In this document: in pieces, positions 1 to 10,000 of the stretch | Layout: the number at the start of each line of letters is the position of its first letter | Numbering within the stretch: position 1 is the first letter of the stretch | Virus record (IMG/VR): IMGVR_UViG_3300028025_002039 | Span: 1-61,230 of that record | Reading direction: 5' to 3' (one strand) | DNA: 61,230 nt | DNA from: a virus | Taxonomy: Duplodnaviria; Caudoviricetes | Position numbers and translations under genes: made by a program | Notes under the pieces: generated by a model | Database searches by the model: none | What the model was told of the DNA's origin: nothing | The model's input: the letters and a program-made list of their open reading frames with translations, nothing else

Positions 1-657
1 GGATTGGTAACAATCTCAGAAGAAGAAGCAGCAACTAGCCCAGTTACTGGTGCAAGTATGCAGAACATAGGTTTTGTTGAGAAGTCAGATACTGACAAGA
101 TTGACATGATAAAGTTCTTAGTAGATAGTGCTAAAGGCATTAATACTTCTAAGACTATTAAAAAGGAGAATGATAACATGACTGAAAACGAAAACGTTGA
201 ATCAGTAGATGTCGCTCCAGAGGCAGAAGTTGTTGACGCTCCTGCTACAGAAGAAGTTGTTGAAGAGGCTCCAGTAGCCGAGCCAGCACATGTAGAAGAA
301 GTTGTAGAAGAAGAATCAGGTTCAGAGGAAGTAATTGCTAAGGCAGTTGCAGAACTAGGTTCGACAGTTACCACAGCCTTTAGCGACATTGCAGCAATTG
401 TCAAGTCACTAGCAGATGCAAATGCATCACTAGTTAATGAAGTTGCTGAACTAAAGAAGTCTCTCGGATTTGTTACCTCAAAGGTTACAGATGCAGAGTC
501 AGACTTTAACAATCTTGGAAAGCGTATTGACGCAGTAGAAGCAGACACCGCTTTCCGTAAGTCTGGTGACCTCGGTGAGGTCATTCAGGAACCAGTACTG
601 GTGGAAAAATCAGTATGGGGCGGAAGTTTCCTCACAACATCCGATTTACTAAAATAA
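1..657 (+). CDS. C-terminal part of capsid maturation protease/scaffold (5'-truncated)
   Basis: Frame open from the window edge; acidic E/V/A/P-rich region then a coiled coil; lies directly upstream of the major capsid gene. Confidence 0.7.
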   Translation, partial: GLVTISEEEAATSPVTGASMQNIGFVEKSDTDKIDMIKFLVDSAKGINTSKTIKKENDNMTENENVESVDVAPEAEVVDAPATEEVVEEAPVAEPAHVEEVVEEESGSEEVIAKAVAELGSTVTTAFSDIAAIVKSLADANASLVNEVAELKKSLGFVTSKVTDAESDFNNLGKRIDAVEADTAFRKSGDLGEVIQEPVLVEKSVWGGSFLTTSDLLK

Positions 658-681
658 ATTCACTAGGAGGTGAAAAATAAA

Positions 682-1845
682 ATGTCAGAAGAAATTATCA
701 AAAATATGCCTTCAGGTGCGTCTCCAGTTTCTGGATACCCTAACGCTGAAGGTGCTTTCGGTACAGCAGATAGCGTTTCGTCAGGTACAGGTGCTTTTTC
801 CGAGCACGGTACTTTTCTGGGCAACAGCCCAACCGCTAACTTTGGTGTAACCACTGGTGCTAATGGTGTAAACCCATCAGCCACTGCAAGTCCAACATAC
901 CCAGGTACTGGTATCCTACGCCCTGAACAGGCACGTCGTTTCATCGACTATGTTTGGGACGCAACTACCCTTGCTCAGGACGGACGCAGAGTGACTATGA
1001 GAGCAAACACAATGGAACTTGAGAAGATTAACGTGGGAGACCGTGTTATTCGTGCTGCAAGCCAGGGTGTTTCAACATACACTAACACTGGTGCCACCTT
1101 CTCTAAGGTAGAACTAACAACCAAGAAGATTCGTCTAGACTGGGAAGTTTCTGCAGAGTCACTTGAAGACAACATCGAAGGTGCTGCTCTTGAGGACCAC
1201 CTAGTTCGTCTTATGACTAATGCTTTCGGTAACGACATCGAAGACCTAGCCATTAACGGTGACGGTTCGACAGGTTCGTTCCTAAGCATTATGAACGGAT
1301 TCATTAACTTGGAGAAGACCAACCCAAACGTTGGTTCTGGTTCAAACCTTGGAAGTGCACACGAAGTAATTAACACAACTCTAGTTGGGTCAAATGCTGC
1401 GTTCACAGACTGGACTACTGAAAGACTGCAAGCACTTATCTTGGCTATGCCTCGCAGATACCGTGCCATCACAAATGGACTAAAGTTCTATGCTGGTACA
1501 GACACATTTGCTAACATCGTTAAGAATAACGCTACTGTCTACTCAACCATTGGTTCGACCGAAAACACTCGTAACGAGTTCATCGGTGGTGCAAACCAGA
1601 CCTTTGGTGGAGCACGTCAGACTCGTGTTCTAGGTGTACCTGTTCTTGAAGTTCCTTACTACCCTGCAGGATTCGTTGACCTAACGTTCCCACAGAACCG
1701 TATTTGGGGCTTCCAGAGAGATATCACTGTGAACCGTTTCTATGTACCAAAGAAGGACACTGTAGAATATACAGTATTCGTTCGCTTTGGAATTGCATGG
1801 GAAGAACTGGATGCAGTTGCATTCGCAGACGCAGCAGCAGAGTAA
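682..1845 (+). CDS. Major capsid protein (HK97 fold)
   Basis: AGGAGG RBS before ATG 682; motifs GILRPEQARRFID, FGNDIEDLAINGD and VLGVPVLEVPYYP are typical of HK97-type capsids. Confidence 0.9.
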   Translation: MSEEIIKNMPSGASPVSGYPNAEGAFGTADSVSSGTGAFSEHGTFLGNSPTANFGVTTGANGVNPSATASPTYPGTGILRPEQARRFIDYVWDATTLAQDGRRVTMRANTMELEKINVGDRVIRAASQGVSTYTNTGATFSKVELTTKKIRLDWEVSAESLEDNIEGAALEDHLVRLMTNAFGNDIEDLAINGDGSTGSFLSIMNGFINLEKTNPNVGSGSNLGSAHEVINTTLVGSNAAFTDWTTERLQALILAMPRRYRAITNGLKFYAGTDTFANIVKNNATVYSTIGSTENTRNEFIGGANQTFGGARQTRVLGVPVLEVPYYPAGFVDLTFPQNRIWGFQRDITVNRFYVPKKDTVEYTVFVRFGIAWEELDAVAFADAAAE

Positions 1846-1869
1846 TCTGTCAAACGTCACCCTTTGATT

Positions 1870-1900
1870 GGGGGTAGGGATTAATTTCTCTACCCCCTTT
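1870..1900 (+). terminator. Intrinsic terminator after the capsid gene
   Basis: GGGGGTAGGGA...TCTCTACCCCC hairpin followed by TTT. Confidence 0.7.
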
Positions 1901-1946
1901 CTATATTTATCTGGTATAATTAAAACAAATCTAAGGAGGTTTTATC

Positions 1947-2330
1947 ATGGCTGAAGAAAAAAAGACACCTACCCCAAAGCCTGTTGTTGCAGAAGCAGTT
2001 GTAGAAGCACCAGCAGAAGTTGTTGTGGAGGATGTAATCGTAGCACCAGAATCCAAGAAAGACGTACCTACATTGGGATTCAATGAGGACGGCGTAATGG
2101 GTTCAACAACTACCGCTGCTGGAAAAGCAAAGGTAGAGAAGGCAGTAGCAGCAGAGGCTCCAGTAACCACAAAGGTTGCTCTATTCTCAACTCGCAACGT
2201 ATATGCAGATGGTTTTGGAAAGATTAATGTTGGTTACAACATTGTTCCAAAGAAGCATGTAGACTTCTGGACAGCACAAAGAGGCATTCGCCTTGCAACT
2301 CCAGAAGAAGTAGCGGAGGCATTTGCCTAA
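1947..2330 (+). CDS. Putative head-associated virion protein
   Basis: TGGTATAAT promoter and AAGGAGG RBS; acidic N-terminus; between capsid and adaptor genes. Confidence 0.55.
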   Translation: MAEEKKTPTPKPVVAEAVVEAPAEVVVEDVIVAPESKKDVPTLGFNEDGVMGSTTTAAGKAKVEKAVAAEAPVTTKVALFSTRNVYADGFGKINVGYNIVPKKHVDFWTAQRGIRLATPEEVAEAFA

Positions 2331-3467
2331 ATGGAGGTTTTGAGAGTTCCGCCTTATCCTATTACGGTTAAATTTGACGTGCCTAGTGCAAACACAGCAT
2401 ACTCAATTTATGTAGAGGATTTGGTGGACCACTCATTCGAAACATCCACACTAACCTCAGACTCAGGAAAACAAATTTCTTATGTTTTGCCAAGGTCAAA
2501 GGTACAGTTTGACCGTGACTTTCTGTTTAAAGCAACAGACTCAAGCGGTGAAGTTGTAGTAGAAGATAACCTAAGCGTTTACAGACCATATGTAAACCCA
2601 AACACTCTTGCTACAACTGCTGCAGATATTGCGGAATACAAGAAATGGGAAATCATTGCTAGGTCTATGATGGACCAATATCTAAACAATTCAGATTTCT
2701 ACAATCACAAACTAGTTATTGTAAAAGAAGGTCAGGGAGGAGATTACTTCCCAATCTGGCATCCAGTAAACAGAGTTCTAAAAGTATACGAAAACAATGT
2801 TCTTACCTATAACGGAGAAGACGTTGCCATCACTCTAAACACACAGACTCCAACAATCTCTTCTGGAACAGTAACCCTGACAACAGCATCTGCACACGGC
2901 TTTGAGGTTGGGGATGTAGTCACAATTGCAACGGTAGTTCCAACTGGATATCGTGGCACATTCTCAGTAACAGCAGTACCAACCACAACATCATTTAGTT
3001 TTTCAAACTCAACCACAGGTAACGTAACTACAGCAGGAACTGTTACAAGAATTTGGGAATATGAATACAAGACTTTGCTAGATGGCTCTGCTATTGCAAG
3101 AGTAGAAGCAAATGGGACATACAATAGAAGCCAGTCTACCCCACTAAGGCTTCCACCGTCCTCTGGTGACCTTGGCGGATACCCTGGTGGTGCTCTCGTA
3201 GCATTCCCAGAAGGACACGATTTTACGTTTATTCTTGACGCTGGCTACAAAACCATTCCACCAGATGTTGAGAAGGCTGCCCAGATTTTGGTAGAAGAGT
3301 TAAAGTGCGGAAACAATGACTACTACAAGAGATTTGTTACACAGTATAGCACGGAACAATTTGACATTAAGTTTGCCCCACAATTTTTGGAGGGAACTGG
3401 CAACATGCTCGTTGATAAAATTCTTAACAACTACAAGGGCAATACGTTCAAGCCAGCAATACTATAA
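2331..3467 (+). CDS. Head-tail adaptor with an inserted Thr-rich beta domain
   Basis: C-terminal AGYKTIPPDVEKAA...VDKILNNY resembles gp6/gp15-like adaptors; gene position. Confidence 0.65.
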   Translation: MEVLRVPPYPITVKFDVPSANTAYSIYVEDLVDHSFETSTLTSDSGKQISYVLPRSKVQFDRDFLFKATDSSGEVVVEDNLSVYRPYVNPNTLATTAADIAEYKKWEIIARSMMDQYLNNSDFYNHKLVIVKEGQGGDYFPIWHPVNRVLKVYENNVLTYNGEDVAITLNTQTPTISSGTVTLTTASAHGFEVGDVVTIATVVPTGYRGTFSVTAVPTTTSFSFSNSTTGNVTTAGTVTRIWEYEYKTLLDGSAIARVEANGTYNRSQSTPLRLPPSSGDLGGYPGGALVAFPEGHDFTFILDAGYKTIPPDVEKAAQILVEELKCGNNDYYKRFVTQYSTEQFDIKFAPQFLEGTGNMLVDKILNNYKGNTFKPAIL

Positions 3468-3913
3468 TGATATGCGAAACTACAGACTTCACCTACCCAC
3501 TACTTGCTGATATCTACTATCCAATTGTAGACGTTGGGGCATACGGTAATGTTAAGAAGCAATGGGTTTTAGATAAAACGGTTGCTTGCTTTTTCAATGT
3601 TGCTGGAAGCAAGTTCAAACAAGAAGTAGGGACCGAAGCAAATATTAACATCAGTAACTCTATCATTGGCAGAGTAAAAAACAATCCAACAATATCCAGC
3701 ACTGAGTCTTTGCACTCTATTACAAACATTGTAATTACTAATATTCGTGGAAATGATGGGAACACTATTTATAACGAAAGTGCAGGACCTCGTTCGGGAA
3801 ACTCCACTCTATTTGAGATAGCAACACTAAACCCTATCGTTGGTCCATTTGGAAAAGTAGAATACTACAAGGTTGTTCTTAGACGTTCAGAGAATCAGGC
3901 GGTAGACCTTTGA
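3467..3913 (+). CDS. Head closure/stopper protein
   Basis: Position, size and beta-rich sequence. Confidence 0.5.
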   Translation: MICETTDFTYPLLADIYYPIVDVGAYGNVKKQWVLDKTVACFFNVAGSKFKQEVGTEANINISNSIIGRVKNNPTISSTESLHSITNIVITNIRGNDGNTIYNESAGPRSGNSTLFEIATLNPIVGPFGKVEYYKVVLRRSENQAVDL

Positions 3914-4587
3914 AAGTAACCTTTGACGCAAAGCAACTGATAAACAGTTTAAACAATGTAACTGAATACTCATTGGGTTTTTTGGATGGGGCTAAAGCAG
4001 GAAAGAAAGAACTGCTAGATAATTTAGGTCAGTCCATTATTGAATCACTAAAAAACTTTATAGACTCAAATGCTAGAGTAAGTCCAGAAACATTGCATCA
4101 CGTTTATGAATGGTATCAGACTGGTTCGCCAGAAGCAAGACTGTTTGATATTAACTATATTATTAAAGATAATGTTGGTCTTTCGTTTAACTATACCTTT
4201 TCTCAATCTACATCATATTCAAAAGGTTCAAGCAAGGCTTTTTATGACAAGGCAAACATTATGGAAAACGGTATCCCAGTAACAATTAAGCCACAGCCAG
4301 GAGGAGTTCTTTCATTTGAAAAAGATGGAGAGCAAGTCTTCACAAGAAAGCCAATCGTTGTAGAGAATCCAGGAGGTCAGGATGTTCAGGGAGGATTTGA
4401 AAGAACGTTAAAGATGTTTTTTGATAACTACTTTACTCAATCATTCATAGTTTCAAGCGGTATCCTGGGACACCTTAATGATGCCAAAGACTTTAAGGAT
4501 AACTTCTATGCAGGTTCAAAGCAAGGAAAGCCACTAGGCTTTAGAGTTGGCTACAAATGGATAACGAAAGGTGGTAGAATAGAGTAA
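3910..4587 (+). CDS. Neck/tail completion protein
   Basis: Position in the neck module; overlapping start/stop. Confidence 0.5.
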   Translation: MKVTFDAKQLINSLNNVTEYSLGFLDGAKAGKKELLDNLGQSIIESLKNFIDSNARVSPETLHHVYEWYQTGSPEARLFDINYIIKDNVGLSFNYTFSQSTSYSKGSSKAFYDKANIMENGIPVTIKPQPGGVLSFEKDGEQVFTRKPIVVENPGGQDVQGGFERTLKMFFDNYFTQSFIVSSGILGHLNDAKDFKDNFYAGSKQGKPLGFRVGYKWITKGGRIE

Positions 4588-5111
4588 TGAGTAAAACATC
4601 TATTCTTAATACACCTGTTCTATGGATTAACGCATACCTACAGGAAAAACTAGAGGGGCTTGGTTTTGAGACCGTTCCCTTCTTTCCTACTACCCCATCT
4701 ACAATTAATGACGTAACCGAATACTTTCCTACAGGCGGAGTCATGTGTACCTACGATAGGCTTATGCGTATGCGTAGAAACGCATTTCCACACATTAAGT
4801 GCGAGGAACTACTTTACTACTTTTATGCCACAGCCGAGAACTCAATTATCAACATGATTAAAATCACTGAAAAGGTAAACAGACTTCTTGATGGGGAAGA
4901 TGAAAGTGCTCAGGACATCAACAACTGGTGTGCAAACAAAGGCTCTTTGACAGTTGAAGGAGAGTCTATTGAGCCTAACTTTAGATTCCACAATTTCAAG
5001 GTATTTCAACTCCAGGAAACTAGGGACATTATTAACTTTGCCAGTGCCAGAACCTATGGCGGTAACAAGATTATCGTCTATTACGACTATACGATGGTCG
5101 AACTGGAGTAA
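4587..5111 (+). CDS. Tail terminator protein
   Basis: Immediately upstream of the major tail gene; size. Confidence 0.5.
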   Translation: MSKTSILNTPVLWINAYLQEKLEGLGFETVPFFPTTPSTINDVTEYFPTGGVMCTYDRLMRMRRNAFPHIKCEELLYYFYATAENSIINMIKITEKVNRLLDGEDESAQDINNWCANKGSLTVEGESIEPNFRFHNFKVFQLQETRDIINFASARTYGGNKIIVYYDYTMVELE

Positions 5112-5187
5112 TTTCCAAAAGCATGGTATACTAATACAGAGGAAACACCGTTCACAAAATTCATAATGAAAGATGGTGAAATAAAAT

Positions 5188-5928
5188 ATGGCTTATACAA
5201 GAGGCTCAAATGCTAACATTATCGTTGGTGCTGCTGCTCTTTTCGTAACAAAGGATTCGGCTGCTCTAACATCGACAACCGTTCCTAACTTCATTGATGG
5301 AGAATCTTACAAGGAGACACTAGCCCTTCGTGAAACGACTAACTTCCGTAACGTTGGTTACACCAACAACGGTCTAGAAATCGCTTTTGCTCCAGACTTT
5401 GGTGAGGTTATGGTAGACCAACTACTAGACACCGCTAAAATCTTCAAGCAGGGAATGAAGGTTACTCTAAAGACTACTCTTGCTGAAGCGACCTTGGAGA
5501 ACCTTCTCCTTGCAATCGCTGGCAAGACTTCAGACTTTGGCGTACTGAACTATGGTACATCGACAGAAGTTACACGACTTCTAACACTCGGTGCTCCACA
5601 GACAGGAACTGTTGCAGCATCTGCTGTTCTAACATCAGGTGGTACAGACGTTAACACATTCCTAAATATTACTTCTGGTGACTTGGGTGACTACCCAATC
5701 GAACGTGGTATTATTGCTGTTGGTCCAGGTCTAGGTAACCTTTCAGGTACTACCCCAGACTCAACCAGCAACCAGGCAGAGCGTGTTTACGTTGCATACC
5801 GTGCTGTGTCGATTGACTCAGTAACAGTATCCGCAAAGCGTGATGCAGCAACATCCTTCGAAGTATCGTTCCGTCTGCTTCCAGACAACAACGGTGCTTA
5901 CGGTAAGATTGTTGACCGCAGTTACTAA
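5188..5928 (+). CDS. Major tail (tube) protein
   Basis: NVGYTNNGLE, VDQLLD and TTLAEATLENL motifs of siphovirus tube proteins; followed by a terminator. Confidence 0.85.
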   Translation: MAYTRGSNANIIVGAAALFVTKDSAALTSTTVPNFIDGESYKETLALRETTNFRNVGYTNNGLEIAFAPDFGEVMVDQLLDTAKIFKQGMKVTLKTTLAEATLENLLLAIAGKTSDFGVLNYGTSTEVTRLLTLGAPQTGTVAASAVLTSGGTDVNTFLNITSGDLGDYPIERGIIAVGPGLGNLSGTTPDSTSNQAERVYVAYRAVSIDSVTVSAKRDAATSFEVSFRLLPDNNGAYGKIVDRSY

Positions 5929-5942
5929 AATTTAATAGTGTG

Positions 5943-5980
5943 AGACTGCCCTGGGTTTACGCCTGGGGCAGTTTCTTTTT
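5943..5980 (+). terminator. Intrinsic terminator
   Basis: GACTGCCCTGGG...CCTGGGGCAGTT stem plus T-tract. Confidence 0.8.
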
Positions 5981-5995
5981 TGGTATACTTATATA

Positions 5996-6700
5996 ATGCC
6001 TACACAAATATACGAAATTTCAGAAGTTGAACTTATCGACGGAACAATCATAGAAATATCACCACTAAAAATTAAGTATCTCAAGCAATTCATGGAAAAG
6101 TTTGAGTCGGTAAAGCAAGCAAAAAACGACGAAGAATCAATCTCAACACTAGTAGAGTGCATAAGAATAGCAATGAAGCAATACCTACCTTCAATTAAGA
6201 CAATAGAAGATGTTGAGGATAACGTTGACCTACCAACAATATATAAGATTATTGAATTGTGTGCAGGTATCAGAATTAACCAGTCTGAAGAAACAGAGAA
6301 AAAGCCAATATCCCCACAGCCACCATCCGAAAACACTTGGGAAAAGTTAGACTTGGCAAAACTAGAATCTGAGTTGTTTGTTTTGGGGTCTTGGAAAAAC
6401 TTTGACGACCTAGAGTCAAATATATCAATGCCAGAACTAATGGCTATCCTTGAATCAACTAGGGAATTGGATTACAGTGAAAAGAAGTTTATGGCTGCAA
6501 TGCAGGGTGTAGACCTAGACGAACAAACTGGAAAGAAAGAGGAAGACCCTTGGGAAGCCATGAAAGCCAGGGTTGCATCCCAAGTTTCTGGTATTGGTAA
6601 TGGAGACCCTAACGACATTACATCTCTACAAGGACAGAAAGCACAGCAGTACGGATTCGGTATCGGCATGGGTCTTGACTACGAAGTTGTTTCAAAATAA
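5996..6700 (+). CDS. Tail assembly chaperone, long (GT-like) form
   Basis: Between tail tube and TMP; N-terminal ~95 aa paralogous to 6744..7070, followed by a T-like domain (WKNFDDLESNISMPEL). Confidence 0.7.
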   Translation: MPTQIYEISEVELIDGTIIEISPLKIKYLKQFMEKFESVKQAKNDEESISTLVECIRIAMKQYLPSIKTIEDVEDNVDLPTIYKIIELCAGIRINQSEETEKKPISPQPPSENTWEKLDLAKLESELFVLGSWKNFDDLESNISMPELMAILESTRELDYSEKKFMAAMQGVDLDEQTGKKEEDPWEAMKARVASQVSGIGNGDPNDITSLQGQKAQQYGFGIGMGLDYEVVSK

Positions 6701-6743
6701 CATTCTTTATGTTATAATTGACTAGAAACCATAAGGAGGATTC

Positions 6744-7070
6744 ATGTCTACAACTATTAACGAGACAAAAACTGTAGAACTACTAGACGGAACTAAGATT
6801 CCAGTTCGTCCACTAAAAATCTCTCTTCTTCGCCCTTTTATGACAAAGTTTGAGGGTATTGCAGAAGTAGCAGATAACAACGAGAAGTCTATGACTCTTC
6901 TCATGGAGTGTGTCCAGATTGCTCTAAAGCAGTACGCTCCAGACCTAGCAACAGACCTGAAGGCACTAGAAGAACTTCTAGACCTTCCGACCGTATACAA
7001 GATTGTCGAAGAGGCATCTGGTATCAAACTCAGCGAAGCCTCGCTAATGGGTGGTCTAATTAACGGCTAA
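6744..7070 (+). CDS. Tail assembly chaperone, short (G-like) form
   Basis: Own promoter (TGTTATAAT) and AGGAGG RBS; paralog of the N-terminal half of the previous gene. Confidence 0.7.
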   Translation: MSTTINETKTVELLDGTKIPVRPLKISLLRPFMTKFEGIAEVADNNEKSMTLLMECVQIALKQYAPDLATDLKALEELLDLPTVYKIVEEASGIKLSEASLMGGLING

Positions 7071-7088
7071 TTATAGCGGTGTTGTTGA

Positions 7089-10000
7089 ATGGCTGATATC
7101 GAAACCAATGTAAATATAAATATAGATACGTCAGATGCTCTGTCGCAACTAAAACTTTTACAACAGCAGATATCAGCCTTTCAGCAAGCAATGAAGAATG
7201 CTGGTGCAGCCAACGCTCAAGCAGCAGCCCAGATGCAATCAAACCTAGTAAATTCAATTAATGCTACTGGGAAATTTAGAGCAAATATACAAACAATTAA
7301 AACAACTGCCGAATCTTTTACAGAATCGCTTGAAAAAAACAAGATGTCTATTGGCGAATACTTTCGCTACGCAGGTGGGGCATCCAAGACTTTTGGTAAG
7401 TTGTTCAAGTCTGAGTTTGAAACAATCAATCAGGTTGCTCGTGAACGAGTAAAGGAACTACAGACACAATACATTAAACTTGGTAGAGATGCCAACGGTG
7501 CAATGAAAGCAATTTCTGTAAGACCGCTATCTCTTGACATGGAAAGTCTGGCAGTAAAAACCCAACTGGCAGCACAAAGACAGCAACTGTTTAACCAGTT
7601 GATGAAACAGGGTTCAACTCAACTTCTAAACTTCGGTAAGAATACACAATGGGCTGGTCGTCAGTTGATGGTTGGTTTTACCATTCCACTTACCCTTATG
7701 GGTTCTGCTGCTGCCAAAGCATACATGGAAATTGAAAAGGCTTCCATTTCCTTCAAGCGTGTTTATGGTGACATCAACACAACAGCAGGTGAAACCGAAA
7801 AGATGGTTAAGCAGGTTCAGGCTCTTGCCAGCGAATTTACCAAGTATGGTCTAGCAGTTGCAGATACTATGGACATGGCAGCCAAGGCTGCTGCTATGGG
7901 TAAGACTGGGGTAGACCTACTAGCACAGATTGACCAAGCAGCAAAACTATCTGTATTGGGTAACGTAGACCAGGCACAAGCCCTAGAAACAACCATCTCT
8001 CTAACAAATGCTTTTAGAGTCTCTACAGATGAACTAGCATCAAGCGTAGACTTCTTGAACGCAGTAGAAAACCAAACCGTAGTTAGCATTGAAGACCTTA
8101 CGATTGCTATTCCAAAAGCAGCCCCAGTTGTTCAGCAACTTGGTGGAGACGTAAAGGACCTAACGTTCTTCCTTACAGCAATGAAGGAAGGTGGCATTAA
8201 CGCATCGGAAGGTGCTAACGCTCTAAAGTCTGGTCTTGCGTCTATGATTAACCCAACTAAAAAGGCTTCCGACTTCCTCGCAACATTTGGAGTTAACATC
8301 CAAGCAATTGTTGAGGGCAACAAGGGCGACATCAAGCAAACAGTTATTGACTTCGCTAGAGCACTTGATACCCTTGACCCACTAAACCGTGCTCGTGCAA
8401 TTGAGCAGATGTTTGGTAAGTTCCAGTTCTCACGTCTATCAACATTGTTCCAAAACGTTATTGCCGAGGGTAGCCAAGCAACCAAGGTAGCAGGACTAGC
8501 AAACCAGACAGCAGAAGAACTAGCAGTGCTATCCGAACGAGAATTGAAAAAAGTCTCTGACTCACCAATGTTTAAGTTCCAGAAGTCTATCGAACAGATG
8601 CAAGCAAAACTTGCACCAGTTGGTGAAGCCTTCCTAAAGGCTGTTACTCCAATTATCGAATTCGTTACAAAGATTCTAGATGGATTTAATAACCTTAGTA
8701 GCGGAACCAAAAGTTTTATAACCATTCTTGTAACCGCTGTTGCAGGTATTGGTCCAATCTTGCTAATGACCTTTGGTCTTATTGCTAACGGTGTAGCCAA
8801 CGTAATGAAGTTGTTTACCAACATGAAGTCTTTCATTAATAAAACAACTAAGCCTTCAGACATGCTAGGTGAACAAACTGAATACATGAACACTGAGCAA
8901 CTTAAGGCAGCAGCAGTAGCAGCATCTCTTGACCAAGCACACGCAAAACTAAAGCAAACTTTCGATGCTGAAAGAGGTGCAATTGAACAACTAACTCAGG
9001 CATATCGTAACGCTGTCAACGCACAACAAGCCTTTACTGGTGTTCCTGGAGTTCCTGTAGGCGACGCTAATGCTATGACACCAAAGAAGTATGCCAAGGG
9101 TGTCTCTATGGTTCCTGGTCCAAAGGGTGCAGGAGACATTGTTCCAGCCCTACTATCCCCAGGTGAAGCAGTTATTCCTGCAAAACATGCACAGAAGTAT
9201 GCACCAGTAATTGCTGGTATGGTTGCTGGAAACCTTCCAGGATTTGAGAACGGAACCACTGGCGTAGGAATGCGTCAAAGCGTTTACGGACCAATGACGC
9301 TAAAGCAGACAGAAGGTCTTGCAAGAACTGGTGTCCAACTAAAAGACATTAGCGAGGAGGTTATGGCTGGTCCATATGCAAACGTCCCACCAACTGATTT
9401 CGGTACACAGATTTCTCCAACATCTGGTCACTCATTCCCTGCATTTGAAGTAGGTGGAATTTACCAGAAGCCAGACGGCACAAAGGTATTTGTTAAGCCA
9501 CAGATTGACCTAACTGGTGCAATGGCTGAAGTTCGTGGTACGGAGATTGCTCGCAGTGTTCATGGTCTAGTTGCTCCTAAGCAAGAAATCCGTGTAATGA
9601 TGGACCCAACAGACCCAGAGCGAAAGCGTAGATTCCTTGTTCTTGAATCAGCACTTGATGAAAGAATTGCAAACGTTCCAACTAAGTTTAGCAACAATGA
9701 GTACTTTACACAATTGGTTGCTTCACTTCTTCGTGGAGACAAAGACCTTGGTATTGGAAACCTAGGAGGCAATATCCTAGCCGATGTTGGTCCTGCTGGT
9801 GTGTTTGGCAGGGCATCTGGAAAACGTGCTCTGGGTAGTGCTGTTAACTCTATGGAAGAACAAGCCATCATTAACCTTCTTGGTGTAAAGGGTGGTGCTA
9901 AGAGATTCTTTGCAGAAGCAACTGCTGAACAAATTTCTAAGATGACTCCTGGAGAATACAATGCAGCAATGCAAGCAGAAATGCAAAGAGTTGCTCCTAA

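Noticed and set aside
5996-7089. Programmed -1 frameshift in the tail chaperone
   Set aside because: No suitable slippery site or overlapping T frame after the short gene; the T-like domain is already fused in frame in the upstream paralog
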